A stretch of DNA of 64,000 nt from Escherichia phage vB_EcoP_ShWW44: the sequence record PQ900156.1. One strand, 5' to 3'. A program made the translations under genes and the position numbers. Below the pieces are notes generated by a model, which saw only the letters and a program-made list of their open reading frames with translations, was not told where the DNA came from and did no database searches. Position 1 is the first letter of the stretch; every line of letters starts with the position of its first letter. This document shows positions 8,495 to 17,069 of the stretch, one piece after another.

Positions 8495-8520
8495 CCCTCT
8501 TAACGGAGGGTTTATTTTTT
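8493..8520 (+). terminator. rho-independent terminator (AACCCTC-loop-GAGGGTT + T-run)
   Basis: Read directly. Confidence 0.6.
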
Positions 8521-8567
8521 ACATGTCATGTATACTAATCCTGCTATTTACTTATGAGGAAATTGAT

Positions 8568-9401
8568 ATGCCAACTTTGAAAGTAGGTTTTAACAAAACC
8601 ACTAATGTTGCAACTGTACTGGATGCAGGTGGTTCTATTCCAGGTGGTTCCGTAGAAGTAGGTACTTTTGTACACCCGGATGCCACTTACCCTGATAGCT
8701 TAGTTATCTATCATGGAGTTCGTGATCTGTTGTATAAACGCTCTGCTAAAAACCCTGCTGAAGAAGGCTTCTGGCCTAATAACATCGTGGATATGCAGTC
8801 TATCTCTATTGATATGAAAGCTACTCCACGACTGACTGTCGCTACCAAACTGTCTCGTGTAGTCTCCGCTATCGAAGGTGAAGACATTAACTGGCATGTT
8901 GATGTAGCAGGTGGTAAAGCACCATTTACTTATAAATGGCAATTCAAAGTTGATACCGTTGGTGCAGCATTCGCTGATATTAGTTCCAGTACTAACCCAT
9001 CTGCTGCTACTGCAACGCTGACTCTTAAAGACATAACAGCTGCTTCTGCTGGTACTTATAAAGTGATTGTTACTGATGCTAATGGAACCACTGTAGAAGA
9101 TGAGTCACTGCTGGCTGTAGGCTATTACGAAGCAAGCTCCCTGGTAGCTACTCCTGCTTCACTGGCTCTGTCTGTTGCTGACGATCTTGCTGCTGGTAAA
9201 ACCGTAACCATTGCTGCTATGCCTGTTGGTTCTTCTGCTGGTACTTTGTCTATCAAGACTGCTCCAGATTCTGCTCGTGCTACGGCTACCATTGCTGGTA
9301 ACGTACTGACAGTTAAACCAGTGGCTGCTGGTGAAGCTACTTCTGTAGTAGTTACCAATGGTACGGTCGATGTAACTATCCCTGTTACTGTTGCAGAATA
9401 A
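8568..9401 (+). CDS. Ig-like domain protein (possible N4 gp17-like capsid decoration protein), 277 aa
   Basis: Ig-like segments (FTYKWQFK ... AGTYKVIVTDANGTT; BIG2-like C-terminal part); position after RNAP2 as recalled for N4 gp17; start at ATG with GAGGA SD. Confidence 0.5.
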   Translation: MPTLKVGFNKTTNVATVLDAGGSIPGGSVEVGTFVHPDATYPDSLVIYHGVRDLLYKRSAKNPAEEGFWPNNIVDMQSISIDMKATPRLTVATKLSRVVSAIEGEDINWHVDVAGGKAPFTYKWQFKVDTVGAAFADISSSTNPSAATATLTLKDITAASAGTYKVIVTDANGTTVEDESLLAVGYYEASSLVATPASLALSVADDLAAGKTVTIAAMPVGSSAGTLSIKTAPDSARATATIAGNVLTVKPVAAGEATSVVVTNGTVDVTIPVTVAE

Positions 9402-9412
9402 GGGTATCCTTT

Positions 9413-9430
9413 TTTGGGGTTATAGCCCTC
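9413..9430 (+). repeat. TTTGGGGTTATA..CCCT motif, copy 1
   Basis: Same 12-mer TTTGGGGTTATA recurs at 9792-9809. Confidence 0.4.
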
Positions 9431-9450
9431 CTTAGCGAGGGCTTTCTTGT
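9424..9450 (+). terminator. rho-independent terminator (AGCCCTC-CTTAGC-GAGGGCT + TTCTTG)
   Basis: Read directly. Confidence 0.55.
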
Positions 9451-9468
9451 ATCTATAGGAGAGTAAAA

Positions 9469-9783
9469 ATGGCGCAAAAATTGCGTGTATGGCACATTCC
9501 CCAAGTGCCAATGAAGGCATTTCAAGTAGAGACTAATAGTCTTCAGGAAGCTGTTAAGATTAAGAATGCGTTAGCAGATTATGATCTATTCCAATATGAG
9601 AACAATGTCAAAGGCGATTATGCTAATGCTAACGGTATTGAGATGTGGGATGAGACTATCTCCGATCAAGAACTAGTGGAGATGGGTTTAGAAGACCGTT
9701 GGGTAGATTGGTATATTGAAACTGAAGATGGTTTCTTTGATGACCCAGAAGAGTATCTGAATTATCTAATCAAGCAAGTATGA
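9469..9783 (+). CDS. hypothetical acidic protein (104 aa)
   Basis: ORF with AGGAGAG RBS. Confidence 0.5.
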   Translation: MAQKLRVWHIPQVPMKAFQVETNSLQEAVKIKNALADYDLFQYENNVKGDYANANGIEMWDETISDQELVEMGLEDRWVDWYIETEDGFFDDPEEYLNYLIKQV

Positions 9784-9791
9784 TTGCTTTA

Positions 9792-9809
9792 TTTGGGGTT
9801 ATAAACCCT
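9792..9809 (+). repeat. TTTGGGGTTATA..CCCT motif, copy 2
   Basis: See copy 1. Confidence 0.4.
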
Positions 9810-9829
9810 GAAATGAAACCCTCAAGTTT

Positions 9830-9860
9830 GACCTCCCTATTAAAGGGAGGTCTTTTTTTG
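9830..9860 (+). terminator. rho-independent terminator (GACCTCCCT-ATTAA-AGGGAGGTC + T7)
   Basis: 9-bp perfect stem and TTTTTTT. Confidence 0.75.
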
Positions 9861-9884
9861 ACTTAAACATTCTGGAGCCGGGAA

Positions 9885-10097
9885 ATGTATAAAGAGATTG
9901 CATTCTTCTCATTCTTACTTGGTGGTTTAATAGGTGCAGGATTTGTAGCTATTTCTAATACCTACTTTGGTTCTACTCCAAACTCTGTAACTCAAACCCT
10001 CAAGCATGAATGTGAATTGAATATCCCTCGTAATCAAAAATGTGTAATGCAGTTCGTACCGGAGAAAAATGAATATCCACAATCTACGTTTGGTTGA
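9885..10097 (+). CDS. small membrane protein (70 aa)
   Basis: ORF; hydrophobic N-terminus. Confidence 0.4.
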   Translation: MYKEIAFFSFLLGGLIGAGFVAISNTYFGSTPNSVTQTLKHECELNIPRNQKCVMQFVPEKNEYPQSTFG

Positions 10098-10329
10098 GAA
10101 ACTGTATGAAGAATACAATGACAACCGACAGCAATTAGCTAGTTTGAAGAAGTCACCACATATGGTGAAAGTATCATTCAATGGTACGGATTTAGGACCG
10201 CAAGCCCGTACAAGAATACTTCCTGAACTACTGTCCTTTTATCAAAGGAGGGTTGCTGTTTTAGAGAAACGCTTTGAACATTTAGGTGTAGATTTATCAC
10301 ATCTTCCAGATGAAGGAGAAGATGAATGA
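10069..10329 (+). CDS. hypothetical protein (86 aa)
   Basis: ORF with GGAG SD. Confidence 0.45.
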   Translation: MNIHNLRLVEKLYEEYNDNRQQLASLKKSPHMVKVSFNGTDLGPQARTRILPELLSFYQRRVAVLEKRFEHLGVDLSHLPDEGEDE

Positions 10330-10511
10330 AAGTAACCCAGTCCCAAGCAATCTTCCTTCGTATGGTTCAAGGTGGCTCTGCCACCAGCAACCGTAATAAC
10401 AAAACCGCACAGTCCCTTAAGAAGCTGGGCTTAGTTCAGTTCAATGCTGGTCTTGGGTGGTCATTAACCCTTATCGGTGTACTTAAACTCAATGAAATGA
10501 AAGGTAAATAA
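10326..10511 (+). CDS. hypothetical protein (61 aa)
   Basis: ORF; ATGA overlap. Confidence 0.4.
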   Translation: MKVTQSQAIFLRMVQGGSATSNRNNKTAQSLKKLGLVQFNAGLGWSLTLIGVLKLNEMKGK

Positions 10512-10841
10512 ATGAAAACTTTACTTAAAGGTATTGCAGTAGCTGCGCTGATAGCTTTGGTTCCAAATGCACAAGCAGTTAAACCAGAACCAATTCTGGA
10601 AGGTGCTCAGGCTTACCTGGATGACACCCGTGATGCATTCGGACAAGGGTTCTTCATGGGCAGTATGATCTCTTACATCGAGAACACAGATAACTGTGTA
10701 CCGGATGGTATGAAGTATTCAGACATTCTGCCTAAGATTGCCAAAGTAGTTATTTATGACTCTGCAATCCTCAAATTGAAGAATACATCCCAAATTGTTG
10801 TGTACTCAGTACACAAGGCATATCCCTGCACCAAATCTTAA
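10512..10841 (+). CDS. secreted/periplasmic protein with N-terminal signal peptide (109 aa)
   Basis: MKTLLKGIAVAALIALVPNAQA signal-like N-terminus. Confidence 0.5.
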   Translation: MKTLLKGIAVAALIALVPNAQAVKPEPILEGAQAYLDDTRDAFGQGFFMGSMISYIENTDNCVPDGMKYSDILPKIAKVVIYDSAILKLKNTSQIVVYSVHKAYPCTKS

Positions 10842-10875
10842 TCAGTAATTCCATTAGCTTTAGGAGAGTAAGTAA

Positions 10876-11928
10876 ATGGCAAGCATCGACTCCTTGACCG
10901 TATGTAATACACGTCAAGCTCGTAACTTTATTATCCGTGCCCTTAGAGCAGGTAACGTACCGTTCCTGACTTCATCACCAGGAATGGGCAAATCTGCAAT
11001 TATTCGTTCTGTTGCAGAAGAATTTGGTATGAAGCTGATAGACCATCGTCTGTCTACTTCTGCCCCAGAAGATTTGTCTGGATTACCATTCCGTAATGGT
11101 GACCGTGCAGAGTTTATCCCATTCGCTGACCTATTCCCCATTGAAGGGGATGAAGTACCAGAAGGTTATAATGGTTGGCTCCTGTTCCTTGATGAGTTCC
11201 CGTCCGCTCGCAAAGAAGTAATAGCTGCTGCATACAAACTGATTCTAGACCGTATGACTGGTCAGAAAAAACTTCATCCTAACGTGATGATTGTCTGTGC
11301 TGGTAACAAAGCTACTGACCGTGCCATTGTTAACCCATTAGGTACTGCAATGCAGTCTCGTGTGGTTCACTTTGAGATGGAACTTAACTTCGACATTTTT
11401 GTTGAAGACGTAATGATTCCTCAGCAATGGGATGAACGTCTGGTTGCATTCTTACATGCTAACCCTGGTTATCTGCATGACTTCGACCCAGCTCATAAGA
11501 ACAAAACGTTCTGTTGTCCTCGTACTTGGGACTTTGTTAATAAAGACCTCAAGAACTTGCCAGAAGGTGCTCTGCCTGATGAGGATTCTATCTACTATGC
11601 AGGACACGTCACTGCTGGTAAGGCTACAGAGTTTGTTCAATTCACTCAAGTATACAATCGTATGATTACGATTGAGAAGGTAGTTAAAGACCCACTGGGC
11701 TGTGCACTACCGGAGGATAACAACCTGTGCTGGGCTACTGTTAACCATCTGGCTAACAAAACTACTGAAGAGAACTTTGCTGATGTTCTTCAGTACATTG
11801 AACGCTTTAAAACGTTCACCCATAAGATTCTGTACTTCCGTACAGTAGGCAATGCATTACCAGATCTTCTGGCTACCCCTGAATGGCGTAAGGCTGCTGC
11901 TAATATCTCTCGTTACATTCACGGATAA
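10876..11928 (+). CDS. MoxR-type AAA+ ATPase (N4 gp24-like), 350 aa
   Basis: Walker A SPGMGKSAI, Walker B LLFLDEF; AGGAGAG RBS. Confidence 0.8.
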   Translation: MASIDSLTVCNTRQARNFIIRALRAGNVPFLTSSPGMGKSAIIRSVAEEFGMKLIDHRLSTSAPEDLSGLPFRNGDRAEFIPFADLFPIEGDEVPEGYNGWLLFLDEFPSARKEVIAAAYKLILDRMTGQKKLHPNVMIVCAGNKATDRAIVNPLGTAMQSRVVHFEMELNFDIFVEDVMIPQQWDERLVAFLHANPGYLHDFDPAHKNKTFCCPRTWDFVNKDLKNLPEGALPDEDSIYYAGHVTAGKATEFVQFTQVYNRMITIEKVVKDPLGCALPEDNNLCWATVNHLANKTTEENFADVLQYIERFKTFTHKILYFRTVGNALPDLLATPEWRKAAANISRYIHG

Positions 11929-11935
11929 TCACAAC

Positions 11936-13111
11936 ATGAACCAATTTCCTCAGCACACACTTAGTGATGAACAACTCATGCGTGAGTATGACCGTATTCA
12001 GGCTCAGGCGTTTCTCGGAGGCAGTGCTGCGTTCTTTGGTTCATTACTGTGTAGTCTTAAATTCTCATGGAAACGCGAGGGTTGCCCCACTGCACGTACT
12101 GATGGGATAGAACTCCATTTCAATCCAGACTTCTTTATCTGGATGTGTCCAGATGCAAGAGAAACAGTGCTTATGCATGAATTATGGCATGTGGCATATC
12201 TACATGACATTCGTCGTGGAAGACGTGACCCAGAAGTCTGGAACCAGGCATGTGACCACTTCATTAACCTTCAGTTAGAAGAAGATGGCTACAAGTTCAC
12301 TGGCATTGATAAAGGTATTTGCAAAGACCCTCAATATAAAGGATGGGTCGAAGAAGACATCTACGATGACCTGATGAAGAACCCTCAGAAAAGGCAAAAG
12401 CCGTCGGGGGGTGCTGGAGCAGGTCTTGCTGGCGACATGAAATCCCCCACTTCGGGGCAGTCCCAGGGTGCTGTCGTCAACAACGTAGTACGTGCAATGC
12501 AGAGCCAGAAGATGGCTGGTGGACAGATGCCCGGTAAGGGTGCTGGTCGTATGGAAGAGGTTATTACCCAATTCCTTAAACCAGTAGTTCCCTGGCAGGA
12601 AGTTCTGATGAACTTCTTTACCGACATTGATGACACCCATTATACGTGGGCCAGACCTAATCGTCGTTACACTGACATCTATCTACCTTCCCTGGAAGAT
12701 GATGAAGGACGTTTACGTCACTTAGCATACTTTGAGGATGTATCTGGTTCTATTAGTGGTGCTGACTCTCTGCGTTTTAACTCAGAGGTTGCCTACGTTA
12801 AGAGCCAGTTCAATCCTAAGAAGATGTCCTTAATTACCTTCGACGATATTATCCAAGAAGAGATGGACATCACTGAAGAAGATACTTTCGAAGAAATTAA
12901 GATTACAGGTCGTGGTGGTACAAACCTTGAACCAGTACGTGAATGGATTATTAAGAATAAGCCAACCGCTGCAATCATATTCTCCGATATGTATGTTCGC
13001 CCAATGGAAGAATTGCCATTTGATATCCCTATCATCTGGTGTGTTCTAAATAATCCTAATGCTACCGTACCTTTTGGGGAGGTAGTTCATATCCCTAAAG
13101 GAATGAAATAA
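11936..13111 (+). CDS. VWA-domain protein with HExxH metallopeptidase-like motif (MoxR partner), 391 aa
   Basis: HELWH motif; pairing with the AAA+ ATPase; start moved from 11852 to ATG just after the upstream stop. Confidence 0.6.
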   Translation: MNQFPQHTLSDEQLMREYDRIQAQAFLGGSAAFFGSLLCSLKFSWKREGCPTARTDGIELHFNPDFFIWMCPDARETVLMHELWHVAYLHDIRRGRRDPEVWNQACDHFINLQLEEDGYKFTGIDKGICKDPQYKGWVEEDIYDDLMKNPQKRQKPSGGAGAGLAGDMKSPTSGQSQGAVVNNVVRAMQSQKMAGGQMPGKGAGRMEEVITQFLKPVVPWQEVLMNFFTDIDDTHYTWARPNRRYTDIYLPSLEDDEGRLRHLAYFEDVSGSISGADSLRFNSEVAYVKSQFNPKKMSLITFDDIIQEEMDITEEDTFEEIKITGRGGTNLEPVREWIIKNKPTAAIIFSDMYVRPMEELPFDIPIIWCVLNNPNATVPFGEVVHIPKGMK

Positions 13112-13617
13112 TGGTTGTTAATGGTAATTCCCTGTATCGTTCATCTCAACTGCTGGATGTCCCAGACCGTAAGGTATCTAAACACGGTGTAAGCTATGGA
13201 TTGGGGGAAGCTGGTTATGATATTCGCATCAAACAAGATATTACCTTCTATCGCTTATTTGGGTTGATTCCAATGGTGAAAGTCGTTGATGGAAATCAAG
13301 TATCACGCCATCTCGGTAAGTTCACATTGGCTTCAGCAATTGAGAAGTTCAACATGTCCCCATCCTGTGTAGCCATCGTTCACGATAAGTCTACTTGGGC
13401 AAGACGTGCATTATCTGTATTCAATACCGTAATAGAACCAGGATGGAAAGGGTATTTGACTCTTGAACTGGTCTATCATGGTCGTAAGAAATTGCATATC
13501 CCGGCTGGTTCTGGGATAGCTCAAGTATTATTTCATCTGGTTCAGGAACCTGCTAATTACAATGGCAAGTACATGAACCAGGAAAACCAACCAGTAGCTG
13601 CAAGAAGCAGTAAATAA
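13111..13617 (+). CDS. dCTP deaminase-like (dUTPase superfamily) protein, 168 aa
   Basis: IEPGWKGYLTLELVYHG and STWARRAL resemble E. coli Dcd motifs as recalled. Confidence 0.6.
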   Translation: MVVNGNSLYRSSQLLDVPDRKVSKHGVSYGLGEAGYDIRIKQDITFYRLFGLIPMVKVVDGNQVSRHLGKFTLASAIEKFNMSPSCVAIVHDKSTWARRALSVFNTVIEPGWKGYLTLELVYHGRKKLHIPAGSGIAQVLFHLVQEPANYNGKYMNQENQPVAARSSK

Positions 13618-13626
13618 GGAAAACTC

Positions 13627-13836
13627 ATGTCAGTATTTCAAGTAACTAATGCAACCTCAAATGTACGTGTAACCATTAATGCTGCAAACGTGATTGCAGT
13701 GGAACTGATTCCACTGTCTGATTGTGCACGTATCACATTCGTAAATGATGGTGCTATGGAAACCAAAGAAACCTATCGTTCTGTGCGTAATTATCTGAAG
13801 AAAGCTCTTGCTCCAGCAAGTAAAGATGCTGAGTAA
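13627..13836 (+). CDS. hypothetical protein (69 aa)
   Basis: ORF with AGGAAAA RBS. Confidence 0.45.
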   Translation: MSVFQVTNATSNVRVTINAANVIAVELIPLSDCARITFVNDGAMETKETYRSVRNYLKKALAPASKDAE

Positions 13837-13849
13837 GTAGCTGCCTAGA

Positions 13850-13876
13850 TAGCCCAACTATGTTGGGCTATTTGCG
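13850..13876 (+). terminator. rho-independent terminator (TAGCCCAAC-TATG-TTGGGCTA + TTTGCG)
   Basis: Read directly. Confidence 0.55.
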
Positions 13877-13909
13877 AAGAAACTAACTCAACCCCACATA
13901 GGAACCATC

Positions 13910-14161
13910 ATGGAATCTTTAGCAGCAATCCTTGTACTGTTGTTTGTATTAGCCGTATACCTTATCCCTACTATCATTGCTTTTGCACGAGGTCATGCCT
14001 CTAAGTGGGGTATTGGTGTGCTTAATATCGTATTAGGCTGGTCACTGGTATTTTGGGTAGTAGCACTTATTTGGGCACTGTCTAATAAAGGAACTACAAT
14101 CGTTAACGTTGGCAGTGGTAACCAGTACAACGTGTCTCAAACGAGCAGCAAAGCAGAGTAA
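13910..14161 (+). CDS. superinfection-immunity-like (Imm family) inner-membrane protein, 83 aa
   Basis: Two TM helices and motif IIAFARGH ... LNIVLGWSLVFWVVALIWA resembling the T4 Imm family pattern as recalled. Confidence 0.55.
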   Translation: MESLAAILVLLFVLAVYLIPTIIAFARGHASKWGIGVLNIVLGWSLVFWVVALIWALSNKGTTIVNVGSGNQYNVSQTSSKAE

Positions 14162-14233
14162 CTAATCTAAGCATCATTAATAGGGTGCTTGTGGAAGTTA
14201 CTTCCAGCTCATTGCTTATCCATCTCCTAACCC

Positions 14234-14260
14234 AAGCCCACCTAACCCGTGGGCTTTTTT
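14234..14260 (+). terminator. rho-independent terminator (AAGCCCAC-loop-GTGGGCTT + T6)
   Basis: Read directly. Confidence 0.65.
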
Positions 14261-14655
14261 AATTACAGGTACTTCTTATGACAAACAGACGAATGGTAAG
14301 TCTATCTTGTATGGGCTGGACTTAAGTAAGCTAGAACAAACAGCAATGCTTACTTTAGGTAAAACTATCCATGACCAAGTGGAGAATGAAAATGTATTAG
14401 ATCTTTACACAACAATGCAGGTTCTTGTTCAAAAAGATGGACTACTAGCAGACCTTTTCCTTCATACATTCCCCCAGAACCGCATCTGAAATCTAAGGTA
14501 GACCGTATCATAGATAAGTTCTGGCTTAGCCCGTGTTATGACGAAATGCATCTTTACTTGGCTCAAATACAAAAGAATCCTTATACCAAAGATGTATTTA
14601 AGGGTAAGAGTACTACTCACCACTACCCCTGGTATAGAAGAGGTAGCAAATACTA

Positions 14656-15099
14656 ATGCGTATCCCATTCCTGAGAAAAAGGGAACGAAATCCTGTTCTT
14701 TACAATAAAGGCATAGAGGATGAGTATGAACTCAATCGTAAAGCTCGTTCCTACACAACAGAATTATTCATAGGGACTAGAAATCCTGATAGATTATTGG
14801 ACTTTGTTTTTGAACAAGTCTTTATCATATACAGATTAGCTATGACTGCTGGTTCACAAGAAGTGGGTGATAAGGCAAGACATGCTCTCTGTATGCTCCG
14901 TAAAGAGTATGAAGCCCTCATGTATGAAGACTTGTACTCCTTTAAAGAAGAAACCGCTGTAGCGTGTTCTGTGGCTCTTACTGAAGGTGTAGCAGTATTA
15001 CAAGAACTACCTCGTAGTGAGTTTAAGCTGGTATACGCTCAGGTTAAGAGAATCACAGAGACGAGAAGTGGTATCACTAACTATCTAAGGTCATTCTAA
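14656..15099 (+). CDS. hypothetical protein (147 aa)
   Basis: ORF. Confidence 0.5.
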   Translation: MRIPFLRKRERNPVLYNKGIEDEYELNRKARSYTTELFIGTRNPDRLLDFVFEQVFIIYRLAMTAGSQEVGDKARHALCMLRKEYEALMYEDLYSFKEETAVACSVALTEGVAVLQELPRSEFKLVYAQVKRITETRSGITNYLRSF

Positions 15100-16043
15100 T
15101 GATTAAGGCATCAGTTATTGCAGATTCCGTTCATCCAGAAACAGGAACTCGTATCACAACCTTTGAATTGGTTTATCCCCGATTCATTCACAGTGAATTT
15201 ATGACTCACCGTGTATTCAACCGTAATGCTTCAAGTAGCCGTGCTATTCCTACTTCTAAATTAATTGAACAGGTTCGTAATGAACCAGTGATGCCAAGTC
15301 ACTGGGGCAAGAACCAGAAAGGTATGCAAGCAGAAGAAGAACTCACTCCTATGGAGATTGAGGATGCTAAGTTTATCTGGGATAACGCTGCATCTGCTGC
15401 TGCTGTGTACGCTGAACAGCTACGTCGTGGACAAGTACATAAGCAAATTGTTAACCGTATTCTGGAACCCTTCACACATATCCGTGTAGTAGTAACTTCA
15501 ACTAGCTGGGCTAATTTCTATGGACTGCGTGACCACAAAGATGCACAACCAGAGATTCGTGAACTGGCTCAAGCAATGCGTAAGGCACATGAAGAAAGCA
15601 CACCAAGAGCATTACCGTATGGGCATTGGCATTTGCCATATATTGCTCATATTGACCGTGTTGGGGCTTACAATTTCTGCAAACGTAATCGAGTTACACG
15701 CGATGAACCAAGTGATGCAGAAGTATATGGCTTACTTCTCAAAGTAAGTGCTGCACGCTGTGCTCGTGCTTCTTATAACAACTTTGAAGGACGACCTTCT
15801 ACTATCGAAGAAGACCTTGGCTTATTCGCTAAGTTAGTAGAAAACCAACCTATTCATGCTTCACCAACGGAACATCAGGCTACGCCTATGAACCTTGGTG
15901 AAAAATATGTGAATAACATGAACCCAGTTACATGGGAACAAGGTGTTACATCCATGGATAAAGAAGGGAATCTGTACTCAGGTAACCTGCTCCACTTTAT
16001 CCAATTCCGTAAATTAATTCCTGGTGAGACTATTACTGAATGA
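15099..16043 (+). CDS. thyX: flavin-dependent thymidylate synthase-like (ThyX-like), 314 aa
   Basis: HR-x7-SSR motif (THRVFNRNASSSR) resembling the ThyX RHR-x7-S signature. Confidence 0.55.
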   Translation: MIKASVIADSVHPETGTRITTFELVYPRFIHSEFMTHRVFNRNASSSRAIPTSKLIEQVRNEPVMPSHWGKNQKGMQAEEELTPMEIEDAKFIWDNAASAAAVYAEQLRRGQVHKQIVNRILEPFTHIRVVVTSTSWANFYGLRDHKDAQPEIRELAQAMRKAHEESTPRALPYGHWHLPYIAHIDRVGAYNFCKRNRVTRDEPSDAEVYGLLLKVSAARCARASYNNFEGRPSTIEEDLGLFAKLVENQPIHASPTEHQATPMNLGEKYVNNMNPVTWEQGVTSMDKEGNLYSGNLLHFIQFRKLIPGETITE

Positions 16044-16278
16044 AAAACTAGCTCTATACGCAATGCTAATTAGTACCCTACTAACACTGACCTACGCATA
16101 CAAAGTTGCCTTTGTCGTAGAAACAGATATGCAGTTCATTCGAGCTAGTATTCTGTTCTTTGTAAGTGAAATTGGTTTGTGGTGTATCTACTACTTTGCT
16201 CGTGACTACGAAGCAATTCGTGAGCAGGAAGAAGTAAAAAGACAAATGATACGATTTGTAGAACAAAATCGTAAGTAA
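16024..16278 (+). CDS. small membrane protein (84 aa), start uncertain (GTG 16024 or ATG 16063)
   Basis: Two hydrophobic helices. Confidence 0.4.
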   Translation: MRLLLNEKLALYAMLISTLLTLTYAYKVAFVVETDMQFIRASILFFVSEIGLWCIYYFARDYEAIREQEEVKRQMIRFVEQNRK

Positions 16279-16283
16279 ACCTA

Positions 16284-16310
16284 AGACCTCCTCCGGGAGG
16301 TCTTTTTTTG
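16284..16310 (+). terminator. rho-independent terminator (AGACCTCC-TCCG-GGAGGTCT + T7)
   Basis: Read directly. Confidence 0.75.
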
Positions 16311-16338
16311 GTTTCAATTAACTCTTTCAGGAGGGCAT

Positions 16339-16551
16339 ATGCCTGCTAAATACCGTATCAAAGACACACCAGTAATGTGTGAAGGTGAGAAGGGTGACAT
16401 TGTATATGCCTGTATTCAGGATGATTTCAATGCTGCTCTTATGTTAACCCAAATGACAAATACACTGCATGTATCAGTAACACTGGATCCTACTGGTGAC
16501 TATCCATGCTTTCCTATTCCTGCCCATAACCTGGAGCAAATCCATGATTAA
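16339..16551 (+). CDS. hypothetical protein (70 aa)
   Basis: ORF with AGGAGGG RBS. Confidence 0.45.
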   Translation: MPAKYRIKDTPVMCEGEKGDIVYACIQDDFNAALMLTQMTNTLHVSVTLDPTGDYPCFPIPAHNLEQIHD

Positions 16552-16858
16552 CCCTGAAGTAATTCATAGTAAAACCGGTAAGGCTGTCCCACTTAGTGAG
16601 ATTGCAGTTACAGGTGATATTGCTGCTTGTCCTGCAAATATCGCTTCCCTCTGTATGTGCATTGCCGCACTGGCAGAAGAACGTAAGTTATGGTTGGAAC
16701 CAAGCAAGGAAATGATTCAGGCTGGTTTGGCTGAAGTAAAAACACGTCTGAGAGAACTGGATGAAGAGAACGGCCCACTCCTTGGACCAACTGATAAACA
16801 AATATCAGATATGGCTGTGTTTGTATTGCAAGCAATGGCAGGTAAACGCAATGGCTAA
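16544..16858 (+). CDS. hypothetical protein (104 aa)
   Basis: ORF; start moved to ATG with GGAG SD. Confidence 0.45.
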   Translation: MINPEVIHSKTGKAVPLSEIAVTGDIAACPANIASLCMCIAALAEERKLWLEPSKEMIQAGLAEVKTRLRELDEENGPLLGPTDKQISDMAVFVLQAMAGKRNG

Positions 16859-17042
16859 TGTAAATATCGCCTCAGAGAAAACGTATAGCATTCAGATTAA
16901 CGGTTTAACCGAATATCAGGTCTTATTCCTAATGAATGCTTTTCAAAATAGTCCTGTAGGTCACCATCCTAATGATGAACCACGGGAAGAAGCTGAACTT
17001 CGTAAAGCTATTTTTGATAAGTGTAAACAAGTTCTAATGTAA
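16851..17042 (+). CDS. hypothetical protein (63 aa)
   Basis: ORF; start moved to ATG overlapping upstream stop. Confidence 0.35.
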   Translation: MANVNIASEKTYSIQINGLTEYQVLFLMNAFQNSPVGHHPNDEPREEAELRKAIFDKCKQVLM

Positions 17043-17069
17043 GCAACATTTAATCTGGAGAGTAAATAA

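Noticed and set aside
11852-11935. Upstream extension of the VWA protein overlapping the AAA+ gene by 77 nt
   Set aside because: An ATG immediately after the upstream stop gives a non-overlapping gene.
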